A stretch of 64,000 nucleotides of DNA from a virus (IMGVR_UViG_3300027782_003987:27069-91068); one strand, 5' to 3'; counted from the stretch's first letter, positions 29,042 through 38,819 are shown. Notes: generated from the letters alone by a model not told the origin. Program-made: numbers and translations.

Positions 29042-30157
29042 ATGGGATTTTTTTGTGCCTTTCCTTTTGAAAAATTGCAGATCTTCAGCGACGGAAGTAC
29101 AAATCCTTGTTGCATGTGGACCGGTGACAAAACCGAAACATTAGGCACATATTTTCAAAGCCACCAGATTGCACAGGTTCAGAAACAATTATTACAAGAC
29201 CAAGTGCCTAGGCAATGTATCAAATGCTATGACAGCGAACAACGGTCTGGGCAGAGTCTTAGGACCATGAACCAGGCTTTTGAAAATGTTGAATCGGTTA
29301 TCCGAGATCGAGCAACTACTTTACCTAGCTTTGATATCAAAGAAATATCTATTGCAACTAGCAATATTTGCAATCTCAAGTGTTTGCCTTGTGAGAATGC
29401 AAGTTATCTAAGAAACGTAGAATTACACAAATTAAAAATAAAAAAAGATGTTCCTATACTAGCAATTTATAAAAATGAATACAATCTCAAAGACTTTAAA
29501 TCATTGGAACAAATAACTTTTCTCGGCGGCGAACCGTTTGCAGACAAAATCACATTTGAACTAATAGATCAGCTGATTGAATCAGGACAAAGTCGAAACA
29601 TTAGATTAGATCTAAATACAAATCTGACGCTGTGTAACAGAGAAAATCTTTTAAAGATTCGTGACAATTTTCAAGACGTGCTCATCAAAGGTAGCATTGA
29701 TGGCACAGGAGAATTCCATGAATATTTACGTTACCCTAGCAAATGGACAGAGATTGAACAAGCCGTTGACCTAATCCAAGAACTTGAAATTCCAATGATA
29801 CTGACCACGGCATTGAGTAATTTAGCATTGCTACGATATGTTGATCTTGTGCATTGGGCTATGCATCGGGGAATAAATGAGTTATTCTTGAGCATGGTAG
29901 ACACGCCAAAAGTTCTAACATTCGACCATTTGCCATTGGCTATTAAATCTCAGTTGCTAGAACAATTTAAAATTTTACGCACACAATATCCGTTTACCGG
30001 ACGCACTGAATATGCTATTGATACGTGTATAAAAATTTGCTCCAATACTGATATAGAGCATGACATGTCGGATCTAAGTAGTTGGTTGAGCAAGCATGAT
30101 GATCTCAGGGGAACAGATTTTAGAAAACTATGGCCGGAGTTAAATGACCACATCTAA
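29042..30157 (+). CDS. radical SAM enzyme, subfamily A
   Basis: FCAFPFEKLQIFSDGSTNPCC...QCIKCYDSE N-terminal domain, then CNLKCLPC and TFLGGEPFAD. Confidence 0.8.
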   Translation: MGFFCAFPFEKLQIFSDGSTNPCCMWTGDKTETLGTYFQSHQIAQVQKQLLQDQVPRQCIKCYDSEQRSGQSLRTMNQAFENVESVIRDRATTLPSFDIKEISIATSNICNLKCLPCENASYLRNVELHKLKIKKDVPILAIYKNEYNLKDFKSLEQITFLGGEPFADKITFELIDQLIESGQSRNIRLDLNTNLTLCNRENLLKIRDNFQDVLIKGSIDGTGEFHEYLRYPSKWTEIEQAVDLIQELEIPMILTTALSNLALLRYVDLVHWAMHRGINELFLSMVDTPKVLTFDHLPLAIKSQLLEQFKILRTQYPFTGRTEYAIDTCIKICSNTDIEHDMSDLSSWLSKHDDLRGTDFRKLWPELNDHI

Positions 30158-31442
30158 ATCACTGTGTTTAGCACCTTGGGTTCACACCTATCTCTCTCCG
30201 CAGACCGAAAGACGTATGTGCTGTGCGTCAAGAGAGCCGGCACAGAATTTCCAACAATACATTGATACTGAATCAGGAACAGGTACTTTCATTCCCATCA
30301 CATTGGAAGAACACTGGAATGGTGATCACATGAGATCGGTCCGACGCCGTATGATGGCCGGAGAACTCTTGCCTGAGTGTGAAGTGTGCAATGATCAGCT
30401 GTTGAATACAGATGTATATCGCACATATTTTGGACAGCTCTTTCAACATAAATACTTTGAAATTTTAGAACAAACGGATGCCGACGGTTACACCACAATG
30501 CAACCAGTGAGTTGGGATTATAGATTCAGCAACCTGTGCAATTTCAAGTGCAGGACATGTGGTGACATGTTAAGCAGTAGTTGGGAATCGGAAGAAAAGA
30601 CACATCATATGGTCAATTGGTCCGATTCCAAAAACAATTGGATGCGACCCAAGGTACGAGAACAGATAAGCCAGTTCCAAGACAATCAAATTGAACAAGA
30701 GTTCAGTGATGCTGTAGAACAACATAGGGTAGAGGAAGTGTATTGGGTAGGCGGTGAACCGTTGATGTATGAGCAGCATTGGCGATACATGCAACGTATA
30801 ATAGAACTAGGAGATGGGCCAAGAGTATATGCTAGATATAATACAAATTTATCCAGGGTGGAGTATCGTGGCATCAATCTCTATCGCGACATTCTTCCTG
30901 GGATTAGGGATTGGCAGATATGTGCAAGTCTCGACGGCACAGGCTCAATTGGAGAATACATTAGAACAGGCCTTGATTATGATCAATGGCTTGAACACTT
31001 CCGTGGAGCAGTTGCAATCAAATCTCACTCACGTCAAGTCAGAATTGACTTTACGCTCACTCTGCCCGGAATGTTCGAAGTTGGCTCAATTACAGAACTC
31101 GCTAGACAATTCGGCGTAGATATTTTAGCCAAAGTTATCTTCTCATTCACTCCAGAGATCATCATGAGTCCATTGGCCTTGCCCAGGCATTTGCTTGAGC
31201 CTTGGCTGGACGAATTGATTCCGGAAACAACAGGGGCCATGAAAGATGTGTTGATACAGTTAAAGAATCGCCCTACATTTGAAGAACAATGGCCAGATAC
31301 TTATAAACAAGGTCTTGCTCAAGGCCGTGCTCGTATGTTACAATTAGAACAGATACGAACTAACCCGATAACTATGACCGATATCCTATCAGCAAGACCT
31401 GATGTACTAAAATGGTGGATGGAAATTGACGAATTTAATTGA
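30144..31442 (+). CDS. radical SAM enzyme, subfamily A
   Basis: LCLAPWVHTYLSPQTERRMCC...ECEVCNDQ N-terminal domain, then CNFKCRTCGD and YWVGGEPLMY. Confidence 0.8.
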   Translation: MTTSKSLCLAPWVHTYLSPQTERRMCCASREPAQNFQQYIDTESGTGTFIPITLEEHWNGDHMRSVRRRMMAGELLPECEVCNDQLLNTDVYRTYFGQLFQHKYFEILEQTDADGYTTMQPVSWDYRFSNLCNFKCRTCGDMLSSSWESEEKTHHMVNWSDSKNNWMRPKVREQISQFQDNQIEQEFSDAVEQHRVEEVYWVGGEPLMYEQHWRYMQRIIELGDGPRVYARYNTNLSRVEYRGINLYRDILPGIRDWQICASLDGTGSIGEYIRTGLDYDQWLEHFRGAVAIKSHSRQVRIDFTLTLPGMFEVGSITELARQFGVDILAKVIFSFTPEIIMSPLALPRHLLEPWLDELIPETTGAMKDVLIQLKNRPTFEEQWPDTYKQGLAQGRARMLQLEQIRTNPITMTDILSARPDVLKWWMEIDEFN

Positions 31443-32463
31443 AATAGATCTGCGTAGCAAACACGATCATGTGCTAACCGTGTACGTTGATGTAGAGGAC
31501 AACAGCCTTTCACGAAAATGGTTGGCAGCATTGACTCATCTGATCGAGCATGACTATCATCTAGAAAAAAACTACTGCTGGTTAGGATGGGCCGAAGGCG
31601 ATCGCTCACTAGAATACATCTGTGGAGAAATCAATCGCAGTATCGCGGCTGTCAACGCAGCTGATCTAGGATATAAGATTGACGATGTGTTCTCTCCGGA
31701 AAATACTGTAGCTGATGATCTTGGTATCAATCATGATCATATGAATCAATTACATAGATACTTTGAAGATTTGCAAGGTGTATCGGGTGCAATGAGTCCG
31801 TATTATACAGCCGCTGATGCAACCACACGCTGGCATATACGACAGTTGAATCTGCTATGTCACGAGCATGAAAGTTTAGTGTTGAGTATGCGTAAGTTAC
31901 AACAAGCACCCGAATGGCGCAGGCCATCTCAACTGATGTGCTGGTTGCAGGCACCAAGATTTGTATTAGATCGTGAAGATTACGAACTGTTTGGTGTAGA
32001 TACTATCAATCGAAAAATAGGTGGAGTATACGTAGGAGTTAACAAAGCAGTAGGAAAACATCATTGGGAAGTATTCAATGATGAAGGTCGAGATAGTCGT
32101 GTGGGAGAATTAGTGACCAGCAGCTTGAAATCACAGACCGAGGCCGCGGGAGATTTTGATATTGAATGGGCCAAGGATCCAGGTGCGTTTCCTTGGCAGG
32201 TAAAGGCACTAACTGAGTTTAGAACATGGCTTGTAACAAACGGGTTTGATCCTGAAGATAAATCGCTAACCATTGGACACCCCAAGGTAGCACAGGTAGA
32301 TCTCATGCGTAGTTTTGGAACAACAGACTACAATGATATTTGGATTCAATTAGCCGATCATCTAGATGTTTATAAAATAAGAATCGGTGAAAAACAAGCT
32401 ACATATGAGTATCGTTGGAGTGACCCTGACTATCAACAACAACAAATAAGGAACATGCTATGA
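31426..32463 (+). CDS. hypothetical protein (TTG start)
   Basis: 345-aa ORF in the operon with no recognisable motifs. Confidence 0.5.
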   Translation: MTNLIEIDLRSKHDHVLTVYVDVEDNSLSRKWLAALTHLIEHDYHLEKNYCWLGWAEGDRSLEYICGEINRSIAAVNAADLGYKIDDVFSPENTVADDLGINHDHMNQLHRYFEDLQGVSGAMSPYYTAADATTRWHIRQLNLLCHEHESLVLSMRKLQQAPEWRRPSQLMCWLQAPRFVLDREDYELFGVDTINRKIGGVYVGVNKAVGKHHWEVFNDEGRDSRVGELVTSSLKSQTEAAGDFDIEWAKDPGAFPWQVKALTEFRTWLVTNGFDPEDKSLTIGHPKVAQVDLMRSFGTTDYNDIWIQLADHLDVYKIRIGEKQATYEYRWSDPDYQQQQIRNML

Positions 32464-32561
32464 ATTGGATTAAAAGAATGTGGGCCAAGATCACACTAGA
32501 AATTCGCTATCGTAAAAAATTGCGAGAACTTCGTAAACGAGATCCGTTCATCTACAAATGA
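32460..32561 (+). CDS. small basic hypothetical peptide (33 aa, MNWIKRMWAKITLEIRYRKKLRELRKRDPFIYK)
   Basis: ATGA overlaps with both flanking genes, filling the gap between 32463 and 32558. Under 60 aa, so absent from the ORF track. Confidence 0.3.
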   Translation: MNWIKRMWAKITLEIRYRKKLRELRKRDPFIYK

Positions 32562-34033
32562 ACTATGTAGGAATATCTGCTGGATTCCATGATGCCGCTG
32601 TAAGTGTGATCAATCAGGCTGGCGATATCTTATTTGCTGCTCATAGCGAACGCTACAGCAAGAAAAAGCACGACAAGGATATCTGTGAAGATCTCATACT
32701 AGATGCGTTAGCGCATACAGATTCCGATAAACTAGAGTATCACTACTACGAACGCCCGTGGATTAAAGCCATGCGACAACTACGCAGTGGCGAAGGATTC
32801 TCATGGCCCAGTTGGGATCGACTGCTAGGATCTGCATACAGAATCATAGGGCGGCCTCAGATACATACTCATGGGCATCACCTGTGTCACGCAGCAGCAG
32901 GATTCCAGACCAGTCCATTTGAGGATGCCACTGTGGTGGTGATAGATGCCATTGGTGAGTTTGATACCATAACCATTTGGGATGCTTGGTATGAAAACGG
33001 GCAAGCCAAATACAAAAAAGTGTGGAGCCTGGGATATCCCAATAGCATTGGATTATTTTACTCGGCCATGACTGCCCGTGTGGGACTCAAACCCATGGAT
33101 GAAGAATACATACTCATGGGCATGGCAGCATATGGCGAACCTGTGTATCTTGACGAGATACGGAAGCAACTGCTAGATCTATCAAAAGGCTTACACTTTA
33201 AAAAGAATCTACACATTGGTGTAGACGATGATTTCTTGCCTCATGCTGATCCTGCAAACATTGCCAGCACAGCACAATTTCTAGTGGAAAGCATGATCCG
33301 AGATGTTCTACAAAAGGCCAGAGAGCATGGGCGCAGCCGTAATCTAGTATACGGCGGTGGTGTGGCATTGAACTGCCTGGCCAATAGATTCTTAGGACAA
33401 TACTATGAAAAAATTTGGATCATGCCTAATCCGGGGGATGCTGGCAATAGTCTCGGTGCTAGTTGTTTGGCTCATGGTGGCCGTGTTAATTGGCGAGATG
33501 CTTTTCTCGGGCATAATATACCCGGTGCTTACCCGGTAAACGAAATCTTGGATTATCTAGTCACAGACAAGATCGTGGGTGTGGCATCGGGCCGTGCAGA
33601 GTTTGGCCCAAGAGCATTAGGAAATCGTAGTCTACTAGCAGATCCTCGAGGGCATTCAATAAAGAACCGAGTGAATGAGATCAAACGTCGACAAAAGTTC
33701 CGACCATTTGCACCAGTGATTCTAGAAGAATATGCAGCAGAATACTTTGACATGCCGCCTAACTTTAATACCAGCCCATACATGCAGGTAGTGGCCGACT
33801 GCCGCAATCCAGAACTATTCCCAGCCATTGTGCATGTGGATGCCACCAGCAGAGTGCAGACCGTGCCTCGAGATGGATCGGGTATTCGCCAACTATTAGA
33901 AAAATGGTATGTGATGACCGGATGCCCTATGCTGTTAAACACCAGTCTCAACATTCGCGGAGAGCCTATGGTCAACGATCCTGGGGATGCTGATCGATTC
34001 CAGCGGGTTTACGGAATCAAGGTCTGTAGCTGA
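32558..34033 (+). CDS. carbamoyltransferase (NodU/CmcH family)
   Basis: N-terminal GISAGFHDAAVSV...AAHSERYSKKKHD is typical of NodU/CmcH O-carbamoyltransferases; 491 aa. Confidence 0.7.
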   Translation: MNYVGISAGFHDAAVSVINQAGDILFAAHSERYSKKKHDKDICEDLILDALAHTDSDKLEYHYYERPWIKAMRQLRSGEGFSWPSWDRLLGSAYRIIGRPQIHTHGHHLCHAAAGFQTSPFEDATVVVIDAIGEFDTITIWDAWYENGQAKYKKVWSLGYPNSIGLFYSAMTARVGLKPMDEEYILMGMAAYGEPVYLDEIRKQLLDLSKGLHFKKNLHIGVDDDFLPHADPANIASTAQFLVESMIRDVLQKAREHGRSRNLVYGGGVALNCLANRFLGQYYEKIWIMPNPGDAGNSLGASCLAHGGRVNWRDAFLGHNIPGAYPVNEILDYLVTDKIVGVASGRAEFGPRALGNRSLLADPRGHSIKNRVNEIKRRQKFRPFAPVILEEYAAEYFDMPPNFNTSPYMQVVADCRNPELFPAIVHVDATSRVQTVPRDGSGIRQLLEKWYVMTGCPMLLNTSLNIRGEPMVNDPGDADRFQRVYGIKVCS

Positions 34034-35204
34034 TACGATCCACAACGGCTTGTAGTCTATGAGACATGCCGGTTTGGAACACTTGAGAATTGTGCTGTAT
34101 CTCAGGTGCAAGATTCTGATACAGACCATGTAAATGCTCCTGCCCGGATTGTATCAATGACTTGGTGAGGTCAAGCACAGCTTCAAAGCGATCCTGATTG
34201 TTAGTAATAGAATCATAACTTTCATCTATGCATCGACTAAAAGTTTGATATCCTAGATCACGTAGGTGACGCAAATGATCGGCAGAACTTACTACTACAA
34301 AAAATTGATTGTTGAATATAGGTTTGAATGTTTTTTCTGTGACAAACTGTCCACCCGACTCATCTATGTCAATCATGGTCTCTAGCACGATGTTAAAATA
34401 ACTATCTGCATACAATTCGGTCATGTTTCGATTGTAGGTATTGTGAGCTCGAGTATCAAGATCATCTACCAGAAATGGCCCAGCAGAAATAAAACGATCC
34501 ACTCTAGACTGACATTTGGCTAGATACCCATTCCTCAACGCACATCCATAGTAGTCGTCCTCTCCACCCAGTAGGTGTTGAGTATAACTGAAGTATCCTT
34601 GCTTATGTAAATCGTGACTCCATAGGTCACTCATGAATACTTTACGCCATAGTTTATCTATCCTGCATAAACCAGTATAAGCTCGTGATCTTGGGTCAAG
34701 ATGATATCGGGCATTAGAGTTACGATCTACAGTGCGCCAATACATGAGCTCAAGTTCCGGCCAATATATACAATTCTGATATTGATCAGCACTGGTATTG
34801 CCAGATATCAACCAGGTCATTTCTCTATCAATACCATGCTGATCGCAAAGTATGTTCAGTCGATCACGAATACGACCGGGATGATCACCTTCATGATATG
34901 TAAACACCAAAGTCATCTCCTTGCGTTTTATTTTGGTCATCGCAGCATCGCTGATCTGTGCGATATAGTCTTGACTGAAATCAAACCATCCCGACACCAT
35001 TGGATACCACGATCCGACGGGAGCATCATTGGTTAATACAACTTGATAGGGAATTTTACAATCTTGAAGATAGTATATAATACGCGGAAAATCTAATCGA
35101 TATCCATCCATGTGGTCAATCTGATCGTGCAGTTCCACAGGTATACCGTTAGGCATGGGTCTAGCGTTCTGAGAATGAATATGATCTACGGCTATATAAA
35201 TCAT
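34017..35204 (-). CDS. family X paralog
   Basis: YFNIVLETMIDIDESGGQFVTEKTFKPIFNNQFFVVVSSADHLRHLRDLGYQTFSRCIDESYD block. Confidence 0.6.
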   Translation of the reverse strand: MIYIAVDHIHSQNARPMPNGIPVELHDQIDHMDGYRLDFPRIIYYLQDCKIPYQVVLTNDAPVGSWYPMVSGWFDFSQDYIAQISDAAMTKIKRKEMTLVFTYHEGDHPGRIRDRLNILCDQHGIDREMTWLISGNTSADQYQNCIYWPELELMYWRTVDRNSNARYHLDPRSRAYTGLCRIDKLWRKVFMSDLWSHDLHKQGYFSYTQHLLGGEDDYYGCALRNGYLAKCQSRVDRFISAGPFLVDDLDTRAHNTYNRNMTELYADSYFNIVLETMIDIDESGGQFVTEKTFKPIFNNQFFVVVSSADHLRHLRDLGYQTFSRCIDESYDSITNNQDRFEAVLDLTKSLIQSGQEHLHGLYQNLAPEIQHNSQVFQTGMSHRLQAVVDRISYRP

Positions 35205-36328
35205 TGTGATATATATGTTTTAATTGAATCTAACATGTCAATGAGTTCGGTCCATAACACAGATTCAAATCTGCCCCGATAGAACCAATTCCAATTGTGT
35301 TCAATCACCGGCCAGCAGTCTTGAAAAAGTTCTTGTTTCTTTTGGTCTGAGAGATCATCTAGTCGTTTTAATACAGCAGCCACCTTCTCGGCTCGGATAA
35401 AATCATCAGTCTCAAGATCATAACTCTCGTCCCAGAACTCACCAAATGTTTGGAATCCGTAACTACGCAAGTATTCCAAACTTCCAGCGGTAGCAGTTAG
35501 TATGAATGGCATTCCTAGAGCAATAGGTTTAAATGATTTTTCAGTAAGATGTAATCTCCGACCGGAGTATACAGTTTCAGTCACATGATACACCAGACTT
35601 TCGGCACAGAGCTCAAATTGATCTAACCAACAACTGCTCATTCGAGGTGTATCTTCGTCGGGAAATAGCCTAGGTAAATCTATTTTGTTAACAGTATCAA
35701 CAATGTCAGGGTATCGTTCCTGATATTCTTTGGCAATTTCACCAATAGAAATATTTTCCACAGGGCACACAGCACTGGCACTGATCCAATTATGCATGAG
35801 ATCTAACTTACTAAAGTGATATAACATCAATACACGATGTTGTCTTGCTCCGCCAATGATACGATTGGCACTGAAGAATGTTTTTCGAATTTTTCTCTCA
35901 GTCCACGGTGTGATTGCAAAAGTTCGATCGTATCCACGATACCAATCCAGTGCAGCCCACCCGTGAAAAAAATAATAAAAAGGTTGCAAGTCTCTCGATA
36001 TACATATATAATCTACATAGTCACTGTCGGTTTCACTAACTACAATGACTCCAGGATCTCTGTAATGAAATCTCCAATGTGGATGATGATCGCAATGAAA
36101 ATTCCTATAATCAATTTGATCAAATGTTTCTTGGTGGAGATCTACTACCATGGGTTCTTGATCAAAAAAATATATGAAATTTTTATTTGTGTTGTTCGAC
36201 ACAGTGTCGCAAATACTGTCAGGGTCACTTCTCCCAAAAGGATCATGATAAAGCATTCTGGTATGCGGCAAATTTTTTCTCACCCAAGGCAAGAATGTAT
36301 TTTCGTAAATCTCATCTATTCTAATCAT
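35201..36328 (-). CDS. family X paralog
   Basis: VYHVTETVYSGRRLHLTEKSFKPIALGMPFILTATAGSLEYLRSYGFQTFGEFWDESYD block. Confidence 0.6.
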   Translation of the reverse strand: MIRIDEIYENTFLPWVRKNLPHTRMLYHDPFGRSDPDSICDTVSNNTNKNFIYFFDQEPMVVDLHQETFDQIDYRNFHCDHHPHWRFHYRDPGVIVVSETDSDYVDYICISRDLQPFYYFFHGWAALDWYRGYDRTFAITPWTERKIRKTFFSANRIIGGARQHRVLMLYHFSKLDLMHNWISASAVCPVENISIGEIAKEYQERYPDIVDTVNKIDLPRLFPDEDTPRMSSCWLDQFELCAESLVYHVTETVYSGRRLHLTEKSFKPIALGMPFILTATAGSLEYLRSYGFQTFGEFWDESYDLETDDFIRAEKVAAVLKRLDDLSDQKKQELFQDCWPVIEHNWNWFYRGRFESVLWTELIDMLDSIKTYISQ

Positions 36329-37955
36329 GTTTGACGTATTTTATATTGGAACCAAACCAAATCTGTTTGCACATGAGCAACAGGTTCAAACCATTGAGCA
36401 AGCACAACAACAGTCACGCACACGGTTTTTCTGGATGGTATCATACTTAGTGGATTACACAGGCTTTGATTTCCTTTATGAACCAGTGCCTTGGCAAGAA
36501 CATCAACGTCATGCATGGCCTAGCCAATGGCAAGAAGATTCGGGCACGTATCTTGTTCCAACAGTAGGCTACACAGATACCAATTATCGTTCCGGACCAA
36601 TATTGCCGAGAACTCTAGCTACGGCTAGGTACGAAATAGATCACATGGATGGTGCAGCCGGACAGATACCCGATGTTGCCCGTCGTGTACGATACTTTGA
36701 CAACTACAGAGATACCCTGATACGATTGGCCAAAAGCATTGGTACCGAACACGAATTTGTATGGGTATGTTCTAGCATCTGTGATTACACTAACTTTGAC
36801 TTCTCTTGGCATCCTAGCCATTGGCAATATAAACTGCTTCACGTGTTTGCCAGTGATGAACAAAAGTTTGGAGACACATTCTTCATGCATGTGCCTAGTT
36901 TTGCTGCTAAGGCAGAAACTGTAGATTTACTGGACTGGTATGATTGTAATTTTGTTGACACATATATATCGGTGCCACGTAGACCTATGTCGGTGATACA
37001 TCACAACCATGATAGCCATGTTGATGCTGTGCTGACCCGAGATTTTTCTGGACCATTGGCTATCTTTTCAACTGGAAACACTGCCATCCACGGCCTAAGA
37101 CCCCCGGCTGTTTCTTTGTGGAGAGAGAAAACCAAGACCATAGTTCCGTTAAGTCCCGGTGCCGGCAGTGTGGTCGTTCCTAAAACTGCTATACCTTACA
37201 TAAAGACACAGTTATATGATTATCCTTACATAGACAAAACACACTGCAATGACCGTGTTGACAAATTGATGGATGTGGTATTCATCTCTTATGATGAACC
37301 AGATGCAGAACAAAATTGGAACATACTAGCACAACGATGTGCCAGAGCCAAGCGTGTGCATGGTGTTGCTGGTATGGAAACTGCCCTCGAAGCAGCAGCA
37401 GATCTCAGTTCAACTCCTTGGTATTACGCAGTATTTGCCAAGACACGATTGTATGAACAATTTGATTTCTCCTACGTTCCTGACTTTATGCAGCAACCCA
37501 AGAACTATATCTTTGATTGCATCAACACAGTGAACGGGTTACAATACGGCCATATGGGCGTGGTGATGTATAACTGTCAAGGTGTCCGAGAACTCAATCA
37601 AGCAAAGAACTTTGGGTTAGATTACACATTGAGTTTTGCTCACGAAAGTGTGCCTATAGTCAGTTGCTACGGCAACTTCAATCAGACTCCTTACCATACA
37701 TGGCGAACAGCATTTAGAGAGTGTGCCAAGCTAGCCTACTTTGAATCACAGTCACCCACTGTGGATGGTGAATACAGATTGAACACCTGGCTATCTCGTG
37801 CCCAAGGAGATCATGCTGAATGGTGTTTGAAAGGTGCCCAAGATGGCGTGGAGTTCTTCAAAGCCAGCGATCGAGCATTAGCAACTCTTAAACAGTCATT
37901 TAGATGGGAATGGTTGCGTGAGTATTTTGTGTCACGCTACGGAGACTTACAGTAA
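36327..37955 (+). CDS. hypothetical protein with a thrice-repeated Y-x2-FDF-x-(Y/W)-x-P motif
   Basis: DYTGFDFLYEPVPW, DYTNFDFSWHPSHW and YEQFDFSYVPDF seen in the translation. Confidence 0.55.
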   Translation: MFDVFYIGTKPNLFAHEQQVQTIEQAQQQSRTRFFWMVSYLVDYTGFDFLYEPVPWQEHQRHAWPSQWQEDSGTYLVPTVGYTDTNYRSGPILPRTLATARYEIDHMDGAAGQIPDVARRVRYFDNYRDTLIRLAKSIGTEHEFVWVCSSICDYTNFDFSWHPSHWQYKLLHVFASDEQKFGDTFFMHVPSFAAKAETVDLLDWYDCNFVDTYISVPRRPMSVIHHNHDSHVDAVLTRDFSGPLAIFSTGNTAIHGLRPPAVSLWREKTKTIVPLSPGAGSVVVPKTAIPYIKTQLYDYPYIDKTHCNDRVDKLMDVVFISYDEPDAEQNWNILAQRCARAKRVHGVAGMETALEAAADLSSTPWYYAVFAKTRLYEQFDFSYVPDFMQQPKNYIFDCINTVNGLQYGHMGVVMYNCQGVRELNQAKNFGLDYTLSFAHESVPIVSCYGNFNQTPYHTWRTAFRECAKLAYFESQSPTVDGEYRLNTWLSRAQGDHAEWCLKGAQDGVEFFKASDRALATLKQSFRWEWLREYFVSRYGDLQ

Positions 37956-38819
37956 GTTTTTTACTTGTTGAACTATGTTGGCCACATGAGCAGCCTGCTC
38001 GATGTCACTGCTGGGTGTTTGCCGAGAATGTATACAATCGATCCAATGCTCGAGTTCGGCTTCTAATGGTGTGATACCGTCGAGATATGTTTCAACTGGA
38101 TTCTCGTGCGCCACAGCACGATTGTTGATGATCAGATTCTTCTTCACAGTCACAGCATTCACATCTTGATCCCAAACAATCTGTCCTTGTGTGCCGATGA
38201 ACACAGTTTGCCTGGTGCGAACAGGCCAATGCCAACTCACATCAACATCAAAAGTCACACCATCAGCATACCCGCTGAATGACACTCGGTCACATTGTGG
38301 TCCTTGGGCATAGTTCCATGCCTGGGCATGAGTGACTGTAGGGTGGGGGCATACCTGTAGCAATATACTGATGTCATGCACTGCAAGACTCAACAGTGGA
38401 TCCGTTTTGGTTTGGTAGATACCCCAGTTCAATCTACGGCTGGTCACATGCTGTAATTTTCCTATCACACCTTGATCGATCAGAGAACGGATCTCATGCA
38501 TCTGTGGATGATGCACAAACAAATGTCCCACCATGAGCAACTGCCCAGGTTGTAGATACCGTTGTATATCAGCGATTTGATTCACTGTTTCGGCCATGGG
38601 CTTTTCTACATACACATCATGCCCACGTTTTAACAGTTCTACAGTTTGCTCGTGATGTTGCCACAATGGTGTGGCCAACATAACTGGATCCTTTGTTGTG
38701 ATATCCGCAATGGTTTGTCCATTGCGGATATCAATGACCTGTGCGGTCACATCAAACTTCTTCAAAGTTTCCAACAATTTAGATCCCCAATAACCCGCAC
38801 CAACCAACCACATGTTCAT
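37947..38819 (-). CDS. Gfo/Idh/MocA-family NAD(P)-dependent oxidoreductase (sugar dehydrogenase-like)
   Basis: N-terminal Rossmann motif MWLVGAGYWGSK; 290 aa. Confidence 0.6.
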   Translation of the reverse strand: MNMWLVGAGYWGSKLLETLKKFDVTAQVIDIRNGQTIADITTKDPVMLATPLWQHHEQTVELLKRGHDVYVEKPMAETVNQIADIQRYLQPGQLLMVGHLFVHHPQMHEIRSLIDQGVIGKLQHVTSRRLNWGIYQTKTDPLLSLAVHDISILLQVCPHPTVTHAQAWNYAQGPQCDRVSFSGYADGVTFDVDVSWHWPVRTRQTVFIGTQGQIVWDQDVNAVTVKKNLIINNRAVAHENPVETYLDGITPLEAELEHWIDCIHSRQTPSSDIEQAAHVANIVQQVKNLL

